Below, one piece after another: positions 52,138 to 63,494 of a stretch of 64,000 nt of DNA. The position numbers and the translations under genes are program-made. Source of the DNA: Trypanosoma brucei (Eukaryota). The DNA lies in contig CP000067.1 of the NCBI GenBank assembly GCA_000002445.1, positions 1,088,001 to 1,152,000 of the forward strand, given 5' to 3'. Each line of letters begins with the position of its first letter. Positions within the stretch are counted from its first letter, which is position 1. Under the pieces are notes generated by a model. That model did not search any database and had not been told where the DNA came from. It was given only the letters and a program-made list of their open reading frames with translations.

Positions 52138-54009
52138 TTAGTACCTCCTACACGGCCTTTTTCGCACACTTGAAGTGACTCCTTCTTGGGGTGCAGCTGG
52201 TTTAAGCGCGCCGCTTCCATCCCATTGGACCGAACCAAAAGAATTAGATGTCGTGGTGGCTGAGCCGAAGGCGGTGGTGGGAGCCAAGGCACCAACGGGG
52301 AATGAAGCGTTGTTGCCGAACGCGGTCGGTTCCGATAGGGTGGCAAACGGACTTGCATTAGGCAAGGGGTCCCTCGTTACCTCTGGCCCAGTCGAAACTG
52401 AGGTTTGCGCCGCTGAAGAAGAAGGGAATGAGAAGCATCCCCCGGGTCCCGGGGCACTCGCCACTGCTGCGTTATTCCCATTTGTCGTATTTTCCACTGG
52501 CTTGGGTGCGTTTCCAAAGCTAAAACTCGACGTGGAAGATTCAGTGGCGCCTGCACCACCAAATGAAAACCCGCCGCTTGGTGCCTGCGCTTGTGTTGCT
52601 GTTGCCCCTTCGGTGGACACGGCTGCACCAAAGGGAGTGGATGCATTTGGGCCGAAAGGTTTCGCTGTGCTTATGGAACCGAACGAAAACCTGTTTGCTG
52701 ATGCTGGTGTTGTTTCTGATCCACCAGTGGGTGTGGCAGAGGCGGGAGCTGCAGGGATGCTGAAGGGTTTGGGTGGCTCGCTCGTGGCAGCTGTAGCACT
52801 GTTCAACCCGCCGAACGAATATGTATCAGCTGACTTCGGTGTTGTTGCTGTTCCTTCAGTTGGTCCCCCAGCAGGCTTCACGGTGCCAAACGGCGACGAT
52901 GTTTTGTCTTCATGGGTTGCAGTCACAGCCACGGAACCAAACGAAAATGTGCCACTTGATTTTGGAGGCGCTGCTGATCCCTCAGTGGATATCAATGTGC
53001 CAAATGTGGCAGATGACTTGTTGGTGGATACCGCGTTTATACCTGTGCTACTGGACGAAACCGTTCCCGTCGACACTGGAGCTACTGGCGGTTCCGCAGC
53101 TGGTGAGGTAAACGGAGCGACCCCAGAGGAGGTCGGTTGTCTGTTGGCAGAGCCCGCGCTTAGATTTGCGGGAGCCTGTGGAATACGGGGCTGGTGTTTG
53201 ATGTCATCCAGCAGCTTTTCGAGCACAGCAACGGCAGTGGAGTTCTGTGTGGTCTCTTTGCGCAGGGTAAGTAGTTCACTTTGGAGGCACTCGACCACCC
53301 TTCGCATTCCATTGAGGGAGCTCACTGACTGCTCTACAGATGTATTTCGGCCCTCCAAAAGTTGTACATGTTTGGATAACTGGGCCACCTCCACACGCAG
53401 GTCAGTGATCGCCTGATCGGCATGCTGCTTTGACCGCTCAATCTCTTCCCGGCTGCGCCTTAGCTCATCACGTGCCTCCTCTATACTCCTGTTGAGTTTC
53501 TCATACTGCTCCTGCAAACGCACCAGGTCGGCCGACATGCTGGCGAAACTGGCACTTTCCCTATTTCCCGCGGTACTCGCCGCCGTGATCGGTTCTTTTC
53601 GGGGCAGTTTCGCATGCCTGTAGGCATCTAAAGACTCGCTATGTATTGCCCGTTCTCCAAAATCACTTATGGGCCGCACGGGACCTTGATGGGATTCATC
53701 ATATGGATTTACCACATCGCAATGGTGAGAACCCGGTGTCGCTCCAGCGAAACCCACAGTATTTTCTCCTATAGAGTTGTTGTGACACCGACTGTACCAT
53801 GAGCTTTCGCGCCCACGTTTTCCGCCCACCGTCAGAGCTGCAGCTTGAGGTCCGGGTGCTCTCGCTTGTGCGACCGACGTAGAAAGCTGAGTTGGCGTGT
53901 CGCTCAGCGTAATATCCTCAACAGATACATTTGGTGTAAAAATACGCGGGACAGCAATGGAATGCTCTGGTGTTATAAAATAATTCGACACGATGGTCTT
54001 CCGGTGCAT
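52138..54009 (-). CDS. FG-repeat nucleoporin-like protein (central coiled coil, C-terminal FSFG/FG repeats)
   Basis: Multiple FSFG, SFG and PFG repeats in a Ser/Thr/Ala/Gly-rich C-terminal half. A heptad coiled-coil segment sits at residues ~150-270. Confidence 0.7.
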   Translation of the reverse strand: MHRKTIVSNYFITPEHSIAVPRIFTPNVSVEDITLSDTPTQLSTSVAQARAPGPQAAALTVGGKRGRESSWYSRCHNNSIGENTVGFAGATPGSHHCDVVNPYDESHQGPVRPISDFGERAIHSESLDAYRHAKLPRKEPITAASTAGNRESASFASMSADLVRLQEQYEKLNRSIEEARDELRRSREEIERSKQHADQAITDLRVEVAQLSKHVQLLEGRNTSVEQSVSSLNGMRRVVECLQSELLTLRKETTQNSTAVAVLEKLLDDIKHQPRIPQAPANLSAGSANRQPTSSGVAPFTSPAAEPPVAPVSTGTVSSSSTGINAVSTNKSSATFGTLISTEGSAAPPKSSGTFSFGSVAVTATHEDKTSSPFGTVKPAGGPTEGTATTPKSADTYSFGGLNSATAATSEPPKPFSIPAAPASATPTGGSETTPASANRFSFGSISTAKPFGPNASTPFGAAVSTEGATATQAQAPSGGFSFGGAGATESSTSSFSFGNAPKPVENTTNGNNAAVASAPGPGGCFSFPSSSAAQTSVSTGPEVTRDPLPNASPFATLSEPTAFGNNASFPVGALAPTTAFGSATTTSNSFGSVQWDGSGALKPAAPQEGVTSSVRKRPCRRY

Positions 54010-54457
54010 AAGTTGGTGTTAAAAAAGAAGTGGCAATATTGGGTAAAGATACCTCTCCCTACTGTCTTGAGAGCGCCAGAGCTACTGTAATATTTCGATA
54101 AAATTTTAAATGAGTAAGGTTTAAAGGGAAGGCGAAGATGGAATGAGAGGTATTGTTGTCCACAGCAACGTGCACCAGTATTGGGAACTTTGTATAAATG
54201 AGCGATCTTACCCAACATTTCACCGCAAATAAAAAAAATGGCGAGATAAGTTTCTCTTGACACATGATATCAAATTGAGGATGTGACGCACCGGACTTAC
54301 TCACCAATTCCCTTCTCCCAACTTCTTTTCTTCTGCCGCAGAGAACAGCGGAAGTTAAATGTTCGTGAACGACTAGGACTGCACACACCCCATCGGTAAT
54401 TGTGCAAAAGACAACAGCGTTTACACATTCCAGTTTTTTTTTTTTTGCAACGCACAT

Positions 54458-54808
54458 TTAGCGGCAACTGCAACCGCTGTTGTTGTTGCTGCTAGTAGGC
54501 ATTGTGTTCTCCTCAACCCACTTGAGGTATTCTTCACTTCCAGAGCTTATTGGTACGCTAACAACTTCTGGCGTGCTGTATGGGTGATTCTTTTTCACGC
54601 TGTCAATGACCTCCTGTAGGAGCTCAGTGCGTGTCTTTATCATCATAAGACACTCCTGCTCTTCACACAGTTGACCTTCCCAACGGTATACGGAGGTGAC
54701 GCTGGGGACAATATTGACGCATGCAGCTTTGTTGCTGCTAACTAGAATCCGCGAGATTTCGCGCGCGACCTCCGAGGTTGGTGTCGTCACGTAACACACA
54801 GAAAACAT
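54458..54808 (-). CDS. cutA: CutA divalent-cation tolerance protein homologue
   Basis: 116 aa. AACVNIVPSVTSVYRWEGQL...IKT...HPYSTPEVVSVPISSGSEEYLKWV aligns closely to the bacterial/eukaryotic CutA1 consensus. Confidence 0.9.
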   Translation of the reverse strand: MFSVCYVTTPTSEVAREISRILVSSNKAACVNIVPSVTSVYRWEGQLCEEQECLMMIKTRTELLQEVIDSVKKNHPYSTPEVVSVPISSGSEEYLKWVEENTMPTSSNNNSGCSCR

Positions 54809-55479
54809 TTATTGTGCTGCCCGCGCCAGCCGAAAACTGGTATTCGTGCAAGTGTTTTTTTCGATACGCTACGCTTTTACCTCTTGTCCAATTTTTATGT
54901 ATTTTCAAACGCTCGCTCAAGGAAATGTTCGAAAAATGGAGGGGATCAATGATAACAAATAATATCAGCAGGAGAGTGACGCCAAGCAACGTGGTGAAAA
55001 CCAGAACGAGAAAGCTTCTATGCGTCGAACGACGAAGGGACAAGGACAGGGATGCCAGTTGAACGATGCATGACATGCTTGTAGGAGAGCATTCCCATGA
55101 CCACTGTCAAGCACAGCGGGAGAGCAGGCTCCCGAGTAGTCCACCACCGTTAGCGTGGACAATACGCAGCGCACTCAGCTATGTTTTTTATCCATGCTAC
55201 TCGGACACCCCATCAACAGAGAATTGATTTTCGGAAGCAAAGCACATGGACAAGCTCGAATGTGCCTTTATATCCCAAGCAGGGTAAATAAATTTGATTC
55301 AAACACGTCTTGTTCAATGTCTCGTGCGCACCCTGGAAACCTTCTCCCTTGCCTTACAATGCGTCACTTTCTCTACAGTGCTTTACTCTGTGATAGGGCG
55401 TGGGAGGGGGGGGAGGGGGATGCAAGGCGTCTTTGTTAAGAAAAGCGCCTCAAGTGGAACTCTCCATTTCATCAGCGCC

Positions 55480-56232
55480 TCATAGCTTTGCCTCTCTCCT
55501 CCAGCCCGAGACCGAAACGATGTGACCACCAGGGAACACGGCTGCGGAAAGCCTCCCGCCGTACACGCAGCCGCTATCCAATCCTATCGCTAGCGGTCTG
55601 TATTGTTCCTGCAAGCCCCGTCGCGAATCATGGCCAAACACCACCGTTTCAGGACCACGCCACAACGAGGCCCACGGAACACCGCCATCTTTCGTCTCCG
55701 GAGTGGCGACAAGGGTTACACCACCCGCCTTCTGTTCCTTCTCAATGAGATTACGTAGGGTGGTAACCTCATCGATGTATTGGCAGTCCAGTGGGCGCTG
55801 CGGATGGAGGCCGCCGTGCGTCACAATCACATTATGGGCGGGGATGCGGATGATGTGCGGAAGCTGCGACAAGTAGACCTCCACATCAACAGGTACGGTC
55901 AGTGCAAATGGGGCTAGAGACGACTTAGTGTCCCTCTCATTCAGAGGACCTTTCTCTCTTATCTTTTTGACAAGTTTCAGCAGCTTCACATCATGGTTGC
56001 CGAGCACACTGTGGGCCCCGAGGCGTTTGAGAAGGCGGACCACACCAAAGGAATCTGGTCCTTTGTTCACCAAATCCCCCACCGCAACTAACGTGTCACT
56101 TCCCTGCTTGAAGGAGACCGCGCGGAGGAGGCCCTGCAGCTGTGCCAGACAGCCGTGAATATCCCCCACAACCACAAGGCGACCCGTTAGATTATCTAGC
56201 GTTAGCACACTGGCGTAGCGTTGCGCCTTCAT
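55480..56232 (-). CDS. ApaH-like PPP-family phosphatase (ALPH; bis(5'-nucleosyl)-tetraphosphatase-like), minimal catalytic domain 250 aa
   Basis: PPP motifs GDIHG, GDLVNKG (GDxxDRG variant) and GNHD (GNHE variant). These are the substitutions characteristic of ApaH-like phosphatases. Confidence 0.8.
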   Translation of the reverse strand: MKAQRYASVLTLDNLTGRLVVVGDIHGCLAQLQGLLRAVSFKQGSDTLVAVGDLVNKGPDSFGVVRLLKRLGAHSVLGNHDVKLLKLVKKIREKGPLNERDTKSSLAPFALTVPVDVEVYLSQLPHIIRIPAHNVIVTHGGLHPQRPLDCQYIDEVTTLRNLIEKEQKAGGVTLVATPETKDGGVPWASLWRGPETVVFGHDSRRGLQEQYRPLAIGLDSGCVYGGRLSAAVFPGGHIVSVSGWRREAKL

Positions 56233-56666
56233 AGCAATGCAACTAACGCTCCTTTATGGAGCTAGTAAGCGACCGTTTCTCCTCTTCTGTGGCCTAAAGT
56301 TGATCGTGAAGTATCGGGCGTTGTAACGACAGAAGTTTGCCCCAAAACAGCCGAAAATAGATGAAAATCAGATGATGTGCGAAGCATATTCACCAAGAAG
56401 AAATCGACACGAACGAGGGAAATTAATGGTCTTGTTAAGGCCTTTCCAACAGCTCTCAACTGCTCCCTTTTTTCAAACTATTTCAGCGGGTTAGGTAATC
56501 GCCAGGAAGTTATACGGAACGGAACCAGAACTGTCTAAGTATGGTGCTTTTGACGCCGGGAAGTTGGCAAAAAAAAAATCTTCCAACGGGGAACGGAACG
56601 CCATAAGAAAAGCCCCACTCCACACTGCCCTTTCGCGCTTCCGGGATTATATGAATTGCAGCTGCT

Positions 56667-57764
56667 TCAAAAACTGTGATACCACACAACAACTTCTCCT
56701 AGCAACGGGTCGATGCAGACATAACAGTAGTTCAAGTTATTTGGAGATGCTCCGTCGTCTCTGTCAAACAGGTGAAGTCCGGCAACTGCGTGCACGGAGA
56801 CGACAGTGGACACGACATCTGGTTGCAGTGATTGGTGGGGTGTGTCCTTCATTTCCACAACACGATCGGGTTCATCTGCCCCATTTGTCGCAGCAGCACC
56901 TGCTGCTGCTGCGGTAGGAACGGCGCGAATGGATACAAGAGCCTTGTAGAGCATCCGCGTGGCCTCCAAGTACACCGTCAACTCATCGTCCCACTGGTTT
57001 GTGGTACCGCCACCAGCAACTAGGCGCCAGAGAATATGGTAAAGAAACTCTGCTCGTTCATTCACATCCCCGAACACGGTGCGAAGTACCGCTAATGAGA
57101 GGCCGGCACAAGAGCCAAAAGTGAATGCTCCACTTCCCATGTAGTCATCGTCTTCGTCATACTCACAGCCTACAGAGGCGAATTTATTGTGGGCGAGCAG
57201 GAAGAGAGCGCGCAACTCGTCGCACACGACAATATCGTGCGGCAGATAAACGTCGGCGCGCTTGACGATGGGCATACGGACACCATCAAACAAGGGTGTT
57301 TCAAATTCGCTAACCATAACAGTTCCTTTGGCTTCATCGCCTTTGTCTTCGTCTTCGACGCAGCGCACAATTCCAGCATCTATGAGCCGCTTGAACGGTT
57401 CTAACGTAGTCCAGCGGCATTGTAACTCGCAGTACTCCACACCACCTCCACTCGACGAGGTTCCTTTGGGTTCACCACGCAACTGAAGTTTCTCTCGCAC
57501 TTCTGGCGCATCGAAGAGGGAGGCCAGAAACTCCTGCAACAAACCCTTATGAAACCCGAAAAAGCGAAAATGGCCGGAAACGACAGTTCCAACGGTACCA
57601 CTGTTGGTGCCTGTGGTGTCTCGTTCAAAGCGGAAGGCACTAATTTTTGTGCGGTGTTGAAGTCCCCACCTTCGATATGCTTCCTTAAAGAACGGATCGG
57701 CCATCAGAGTTTCCAAACGCCGCTTGGAAATGGGCTCAAAAGTAAATACTTCTCGTTGCACCAT
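56667..57764 (-). CDS. conserved hypothetical protein (365 aa)
   Basis: ORF on the unit strand. No recognised motif. Confidence 0.55.
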   Translation of the reverse strand: MVQREVFTFEPISKRRLETLMADPFFKEAYRRWGLQHRTKISAFRFERDTTGTNSGTVGTVVSGHFRFFGFHKGLLQEFLASLFDAPEVREKLQLRGEPKGTSSSGGGVEYCELQCRWTTLEPFKRLIDAGIVRCVEDEDKGDEAKGTVMVSEFETPLFDGVRMPIVKRADVYLPHDIVVCDELRALFLLAHNKFASVGCEYDEDDDYMGSGAFTFGSCAGLSLAVLRTVFGDVNERAEFLYHILWRLVAGGGTTNQWDDELTVYLEATRMLYKALVSIRAVPTAAAAGAAATNGADEPDRVVEMKDTPHQSLQPDVVSTVVSVHAVAGLHLFDRDDGASPNNLNYCYVCIDPLLGEVVVWYHSF

Positions 57765-58230
57765 TTCCGAGTGTCGGCCAATTTTGACACTGTTGCTACC
57801 GTCTACTGCCTTAACTTTCTATTTACCTTATGTACCGAGTAATTCAACACTAGAAAAAAAAACACGAAGGGATGGAGGAAAAAAAACTTACAGTTGTTTT
57901 CAGGGCAAAAAATACTGATTTTTTTCCACTGAACGCATAGGTCCTCGAACTCCATGTTTTCCGACGCTAAGGAAAATGTTTCAGCTTGTCGTGCGTTATA
58001 ATTTGCCTCTTCCCACATGTTATACTCGCTCACGCTCACTCAATCAGCTATTAACGGTTCAAGCCGACCCCTTCCCCGCCCTCATTTCAGGTGAAGATGA
58101 ACGGTAAGTGGTCTTGCAGACACGGCAGAGTGAAAAAGAGAAAAGCACCCCCCCCCTAACCCCTACTTCGCTCCCCCAAAACAATGCGCAACATTTATTT
58201 CGTCCCGCTACGTACCGAACAACAAATGAT

Positions 58231-58980
58231 TTATACAAACGACTTGCGCTCCAAGAAGCACTTCAAGAAGTACAACTGGAAGATAGTTACGAAGAGCAGC
58301 GATATCGCCTGAAAAATGCTCCACAGCATCATCCACTTCTCTGTGGCGTCAACAGTTTCCTTGTGCACATACTGAAGCGCCTGAAGACGTTCCTGCTTCA
58401 ACTGCATCCTACGCATGCTCTTAGCCGCGGTCACCACAAGCCGTTCCACAGGGTCCAGCAGCTTTGTTTCATCAGACACTGAGTTGTAGTCTACGTGAAA
58501 ACGGAAGTGGAACGATACTCGTTTTGAGGCCTCATGCGGTCCTGTGTTGTCAAAACAAGCGTGCAGAGCCGTCGCACCAACCTTCGCGAGTACTTCATGA
58601 TCACCGGAGGACGCTCTATCCCACTGCATGAGCTCCGTCCCATTTTGATCATGCAACGTTGCTTTTATTCCCTTGCCACCGGTCTCAACAACATAAAACT
58701 GAAAGGTGGCACGGGTGTGTGGAGGCACGAAATCCCACAAGCAAAGTTTCTCCCTCTGCCCAACCACCACTACCGCGGTTTCTACACCGCGGTGAACGCA
58801 AAGAAGAGTGAGAATGGCAAGAAGCTGCAGTAGTGCGTACATCTCTTCTTTTGGGTGTGTAAGTACGTGGGTACACGAACAATGTATATCACGCTGACGA
58901 TAGTTGACGGTTGTATCGATATGTCTAGTCCCCTTTCTAGTTGCTGCAGTAGAGTTCTTGGACAATTCCTTATTCTTCAA
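58231..58980 (-). CDS. emp24/gp25L/p24-family (GOLD domain) cargo receptor
   Basis: N-terminal signal peptide, a luminal domain with conserved Cys pair, a C-terminal TM with Gln (FQAISLLFVTIFQLYFLKCFLERKSFV) and a short tail. Typical p24 architecture, 249 aa. Confidence 0.65.
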   Translation of the reverse strand: MKNKELSKNSTAATRKGTRHIDTTVNYRQRDIHCSCTHVLTHPKEEMYALLQLLAILTLLCVHRGVETAVVVVGQREKLCLWDFVPPHTRATFQFYVVETGGKGIKATLHDQNGTELMQWDRASSGDHEVLAKVGATALHACFDNTGPHEASKRVSFHFRFHVDYNSVSDETKLLDPVERLVVTAAKSMRRMQLKQERLQALQYVHKETVDATEKWMMLWSIFQAISLLFVTIFQLYFLKCFLERKSFV

Positions 58981-60066
58981 GCGATTTTTTTTTACGCTTT
59001 ACTGCAGACCTCGTCCCAGCTTTTTTTCCCTACAACTTCCCTTCGGATGATTCGCTATTGTTCACCCTTTACTTTCGTACTCTTCTTGATGCTTGTTATC
59101 TCTCCCCCTCTTTGGCTGTCTCCGCTGTTCTATTCATTGCAGAAGGGATCCGCGCGCAGTTGGTAGGGGAAATATATGAGAAGTGATTGAGGAAAGTGTC
59201 TAAAACAGAATGCGCGCATACACGCATCTGCGCAATAGCATCAAACGTAGGAACCACAGCCATAAAATGGTTACAGTAATACTAATAGGGGTAATTTGAC
59301 GGAACCCTTGTAGATCCCGAGCATACAATGATGAACGGCGCGCCCGGTAGTAAGGAGGAAGAAAAAAAGAATGAGTGCACACACCATCGCAAGCACGCAG
59401 ATAAAAAAATGTTTTCTCCACTCTCCATCCCTTTTCATTCTTCCAATTCACCACACCACCACCAAGGGCACGTAAGCCAAATCAAAACGTTCATTTTTCT
59501 CACACGGACCCGCCTCTGGGGGAGCGAATGACGAATCAAAAGGGAAATGCCCAGGCCCCCTTCACGCTGAAATAAGGCAGCTTGCCCTAAAGCACAGCAA
59601 CCAAACAAATCATAGAAAAGAGGAGAGTGCAGAAAAGGAAATTGAAACGAACCAACAGCTCAGCGCAACTGTGGCCCCCACCCAGTTGGCCGTGCAAACA
59701 AAGGCCAAGGTGAAAGCGCGCTCAGACTACAGTTAGATGTTGGAGATGTGTGACTTAAGGGAAGAAAAGATGTGCTGTGCACACTCGTGCACAGATCCTG
59801 TGCCATGCCAGGCTTTCCCCACATTATTTCCTCTTCACGCCTCGGTACAGTCGTGTACGCCACACCTTGCGCCAACAATTCTGCACAGCAACGACGCGAC
59901 CTTCACGGTAGTAGATAAAACACCGTAGACGTAATGACCGGCGGTGACAGCGGACGCGGTGCAGCGGTCAGTGATGTGATGAATTGTAACAATAAGGAGA
60001 AGGCCGCGGCGGACGACACGCAATCAAGCGGGGTAAGGGGTAACTGAGACAATCATGTTGCAGTCT

Positions 60067-61035
60067 CTACTGGCAATGTGCATTAAGAAATTTTAATATG
60101 TCACCGAGTACTTCTCTCCAGCGTACTTCCGTCAACACTTCATGACCTAAACCAGGGTACTCAATCAACTGCTTGTCCGTAGTCGGTACACAACTGAACA
60201 GTCTCCTCGACCCACTTACTGGACAAAGGGCGTCCTTCGCGCCATGTACAATTAACAGCGGGTAGGTGGCTCTCTCAACATGTTCCCATACGGATTCCAT
60301 GGCGTCAAGCATCGTCTTGGCCCACCGAGTGGTAAGCTTCACCTTAAAATAAACAGGGTCTTGTTCCATTAGCTCCACCACCTGGCGGTTCGTGCTAGCT
60401 AACTTTGGGTCGATGCTGTCCACGCCAAACTTCGGCGCACAGCTTGATAGCACACCAACTAGCCACCGCTTGAAGGGGGTGGCAATTTTCGGATCGGGTT
60501 CCAATGCCGGTCCACTGAGTACAACCCCCGCAAAGCTCGTTGGGTCACGAAGAGAAACATGTGTGGCTATAAGGCCACCCATGGAGTGACCCAGCAGAAA
60601 GCGCGGCAGTTTTGCATACTCGGGGTAAAGGGAAAACACACGCCTCCTGAAAAGGAAGATGTCATCAACGAAGTCTTCAAAGTCCACAACGTACAATCGT
60701 TCACCCTCACTGGCGCCTGCGCCCTGATTGTCCATGCAAAAGACGTGATACCCTTCACGAGAGAAGTAACGGCCCACACCACCGTAACGAGCGGTGTGCT
60801 CACCGAGTCCACTCACGACAAAAAGTACACCGCGTACGTTTGGTACATCCCGCGGCGGTGCCCACTCAGTGAAGTGAAGCCAAAGTCCCTGTTTGTTTTG
60901 CAAATAATGAGGGAATAGTTCCGGGTCTGGTGGTTCGCGGTCTGGCGTGGCATACTTCAAGTCGTGATTCTCGTCGATGCAGCAGGAACAGCAACCCATT
61001 GCGGTATCTGTAATATGGGAAAAGTGCACCTTCAA
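60067..61035 (-). CDS. monoglyceride lipase-like alpha/beta hydrolase with N-terminal MGCCSCC acylation motif
   Basis: Strong similarity to the MGLL core: VSGLGEHTARY, HVFCMDNQGAGASEGER, FLLGHSMGGLIA (GxSxG nucleophile). A C-terminal His lies in GLGHEV. Confidence 0.85.
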   Translation of the reverse strand: MKVHFSHITDTAMGCCSCCIDENHDLKYATPDREPPDPELFPHYLQNKQGLWLHFTEWAPPRDVPNVRGVLFVVSGLGEHTARYGGVGRYFSREGYHVFCMDNQGAGASEGERLYVVDFEDFVDDIFLFRRRVFSLYPEYAKLPRFLLGHSMGGLIATHVSLRDPTSFAGVVLSGPALEPDPKIATPFKRWLVGVLSSCAPKFGVDSIDPKLASTNRQVVELMEQDPVYFKVKLTTRWAKTMLDAMESVWEHVERATYPLLIVHGAKDALCPVSGSRRLFSCVPTTDKQLIEYPGLGHEVLTEVRWREVLGDILKFLNAHCQ

Positions 61036-63301
61036 TGGTGATTTTAAATGACTACTTCTTGCCCTTATAGTTACTACTTCAACAATCCAGGAGGAGTTTT
61101 TTTCCTTTTTTTTTTTTCAAGCGATGCCAAAGTGTTAGATGGGTTCCGCCTAAGTAAAGGTTTAACCGATAAATAGTCCAATGGGCGGGCTGATAGAACT
61201 CGTATCGTATACTCCCATAAGGTGCGACAGAACCCATAACAGCATTTACGGGAAATGGTGGAAAAAAATAAAAGGTGAATGAAAAGGTAAAAACCCGGAC
61301 GCACGCCCCGTCCTTCATTTGTAGCTATCCCTTCTGATTTTTGGAATCAGATCCCGTCTAGACAGGTGAAGTGTGTTGTCAAATGCTCACAACATAGGTA
61401 ACCATTAAACAGATACAGTGCACAATCAAAAACCATCGAATCAATTGGTGTATCGCAAGATATCGCTCTAACACGCACACACAAGACAACAACATCAACA
61501 ACAACATCAACAAAACGAATAGTCACCCACACGTTAAAAAACCCTCCTTTTTCTTTTTCTTTTACACCTGCTCTTTAATTGATATTGAAAGAAACGCAGT
61601 GAGGTGGGTCTGACAGAGGGACCACCGCATGCCACTTCGACGACCACAATGTCACGAACTGGAACTCTTTTTTACACCGTTTGAATTAATGCACAACCAA
61701 AGGCGGTCATGTTTCTCATTGCTTTGACTGCTTAATATCCACTCCGGGAGCCACCACGATGTCGTTTCTTCGGTGGTCCATATGAAGTCTCCGGTGACTT
61801 CTACTTCGTTGGTTGTAACGTGTGACGTAACACGACAACCCGACACAAAATTTTGTTTCTTTCACGTACTGTCAATATGTCCATTCACAAGAACTGATCC
61901 TTCTGGACGCACGACAAAGACGTGAAATGAAGATGAAACGACAAGACAATACTGATGATGTGTCCGTGGAGAAGGTCTCAGCGTATCGAACCCATAATTA
62001 TAATGCTGCTTCTGAAGTTGCTTTCGTTGTGTATCTGCTGTCACGCCACGTCACATCCGTGCCTTGTTGAAGTTGCGGTTATATATGCGGGCTCCATTGT
62101 ACAGCAATTTACATTTTCCCCCTTTCACTTACAGGTGTGTCTGCACAACTTACACTTTGAGTCGGCCGCCTCCGCGGCGGGCGATTCATAAGGTGGTACA
62201 AAACAAGACAAAACGACAACAGCAACAGCAACCATGCAGCGCTAGGATAACCATTTGATTCCTCAGGACGTTCCAGCGACACTTGCACATCTCCGCCGTG
62301 GCCTCTCCGCAAGCTTTACTACTAAAATTCAAGCATTTTCTCTCTAATATCACAAAGTTAAAGTGAGTACGGTTCTGCGGATTTGCGTCTTATTTTTACC
62401 CCCTTTCCTCCTTCACAATCAACGTCGCCTGTCACGCGCAAGCAAGCATGAAGGACCAACAATTACGTTCACCGACTAACTGCGTCTCAGCATCGCCTAA
62501 AAATGGAACGTTTCGCACACCCTCACAGTATTCAAAAAAGTTCCGACCAGTTTTGAAGGGGACTAGTTGCTTAGGCTCTAACCCGCATCAGAGCAACCTG
62601 TGTTTACCATGTGCAAATGATGCAACATATATATATATATATACGCAGGTGTGCTTCAGTGGGTAACAATAAAAAAATACTGCAACGAGGCCATGCTAAC
62701 TTGAGAGATACCGAACGCTATTTCTTTTTTCCGGAAAAAATCACGCAGTCCCCCTTCCTTCTTTTGCTCATTAGATATTTCACGACTGTTCCTCGCGCCC
62801 TGCCCTACTCTACTTACGCATTTTTTTTTTTCGTAAATGCGTTCCTCTCATTTTACCCTCGGAAGGCATCACATGTGTATATGGAAACAAAGACAAAAAC
62901 AAAAACAAAGAAAAAGATATGAAGGCCAGTCGGGCGCAGCATGAGCTCATGCAAAGATGCTGTTGCACGTTTTTCTTTTTCTATTCGTTTACTGCCTTTG
63001 AAATGACAAACGAGTTGAGTAAAGGAAACAACTAAAATCTCTCCGCCCCCCACCAAATACTCAGCATCAACACACAAATACACAAACATACATATGCGGA
63101 GACCTGTACGAGTAATCCCTCATACGTAGGTAAAAAAAAAAACAAGTAATAATCAAGGATCGCCACGATATAAAGACGGAACGAAGGGAAGAGAATGATG
63201 AAAGAGCTGCATTCAAACTCACGGAACGCATATTTCACCCCCACCTCAACTTTCCTCCGTATTGTGAGGCAGCTCCTCCCGTCAAGATAAAAGAAAAAAA
63301 A

Positions 63302-63328
63302 AGCAGCAGCAGCAGCAGCAGCAGCAGC
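63302..63328. repeat. (CAG)9 trinucleotide repeat
   Basis: Read directly. Intergenic. It produces a spurious poly-Ala ORF. Confidence 0.9.
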
Positions 63329-63494
63329 GGGCGCGTGCCCACCACTTCTGTCACGATTCACCGCTCTCTAATATGTACAAGCTGCATCAAAGGCAGCGGT
63401 TTGCGCGCAAACTGACCAAACAAACGAACAAATAAAACAAATAATTTTGATAAATAAATAAATGTAAATATAAATATACATGTATATGTTTGTG

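Noticed and set aside
52175-53416. 413-aa ORF on the plus strand
   Set aside because: It is antisense to the FG-repeat gene. The open frame is a by-product of the low-complexity Ser/Thr/Ala/Gly codon bias. All genuine genes in the window are on the minus strand.
54059-54457. 132-aa ORF immediately in frame after the CutA TAA stop (TAA-ATG), a possible stop-codon read-through extension
   Set aside because: The downstream frame begins in a poly(A)/poly-Lys tract typical of a 3'UTR. It has no domain and no protein-like composition. A 1-in-3 chance in-frame coincidence is more likely.
54738-55076. 112-aa ORF with a TM-like segment overlapping the CutA start in another frame, considered as a frameshifted N-terminal membrane anchor for CutA
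   Set aside because: The CutA core alignment begins 3 residues after the Met at 54808, so that Met is a natural start. No evidence of a frameshift.
63032-63361. 109-aa minus-strand ORF with a poly-Ala run
   Set aside because: It is generated by the intergenic (CAG)9 repeat. No other protein features.
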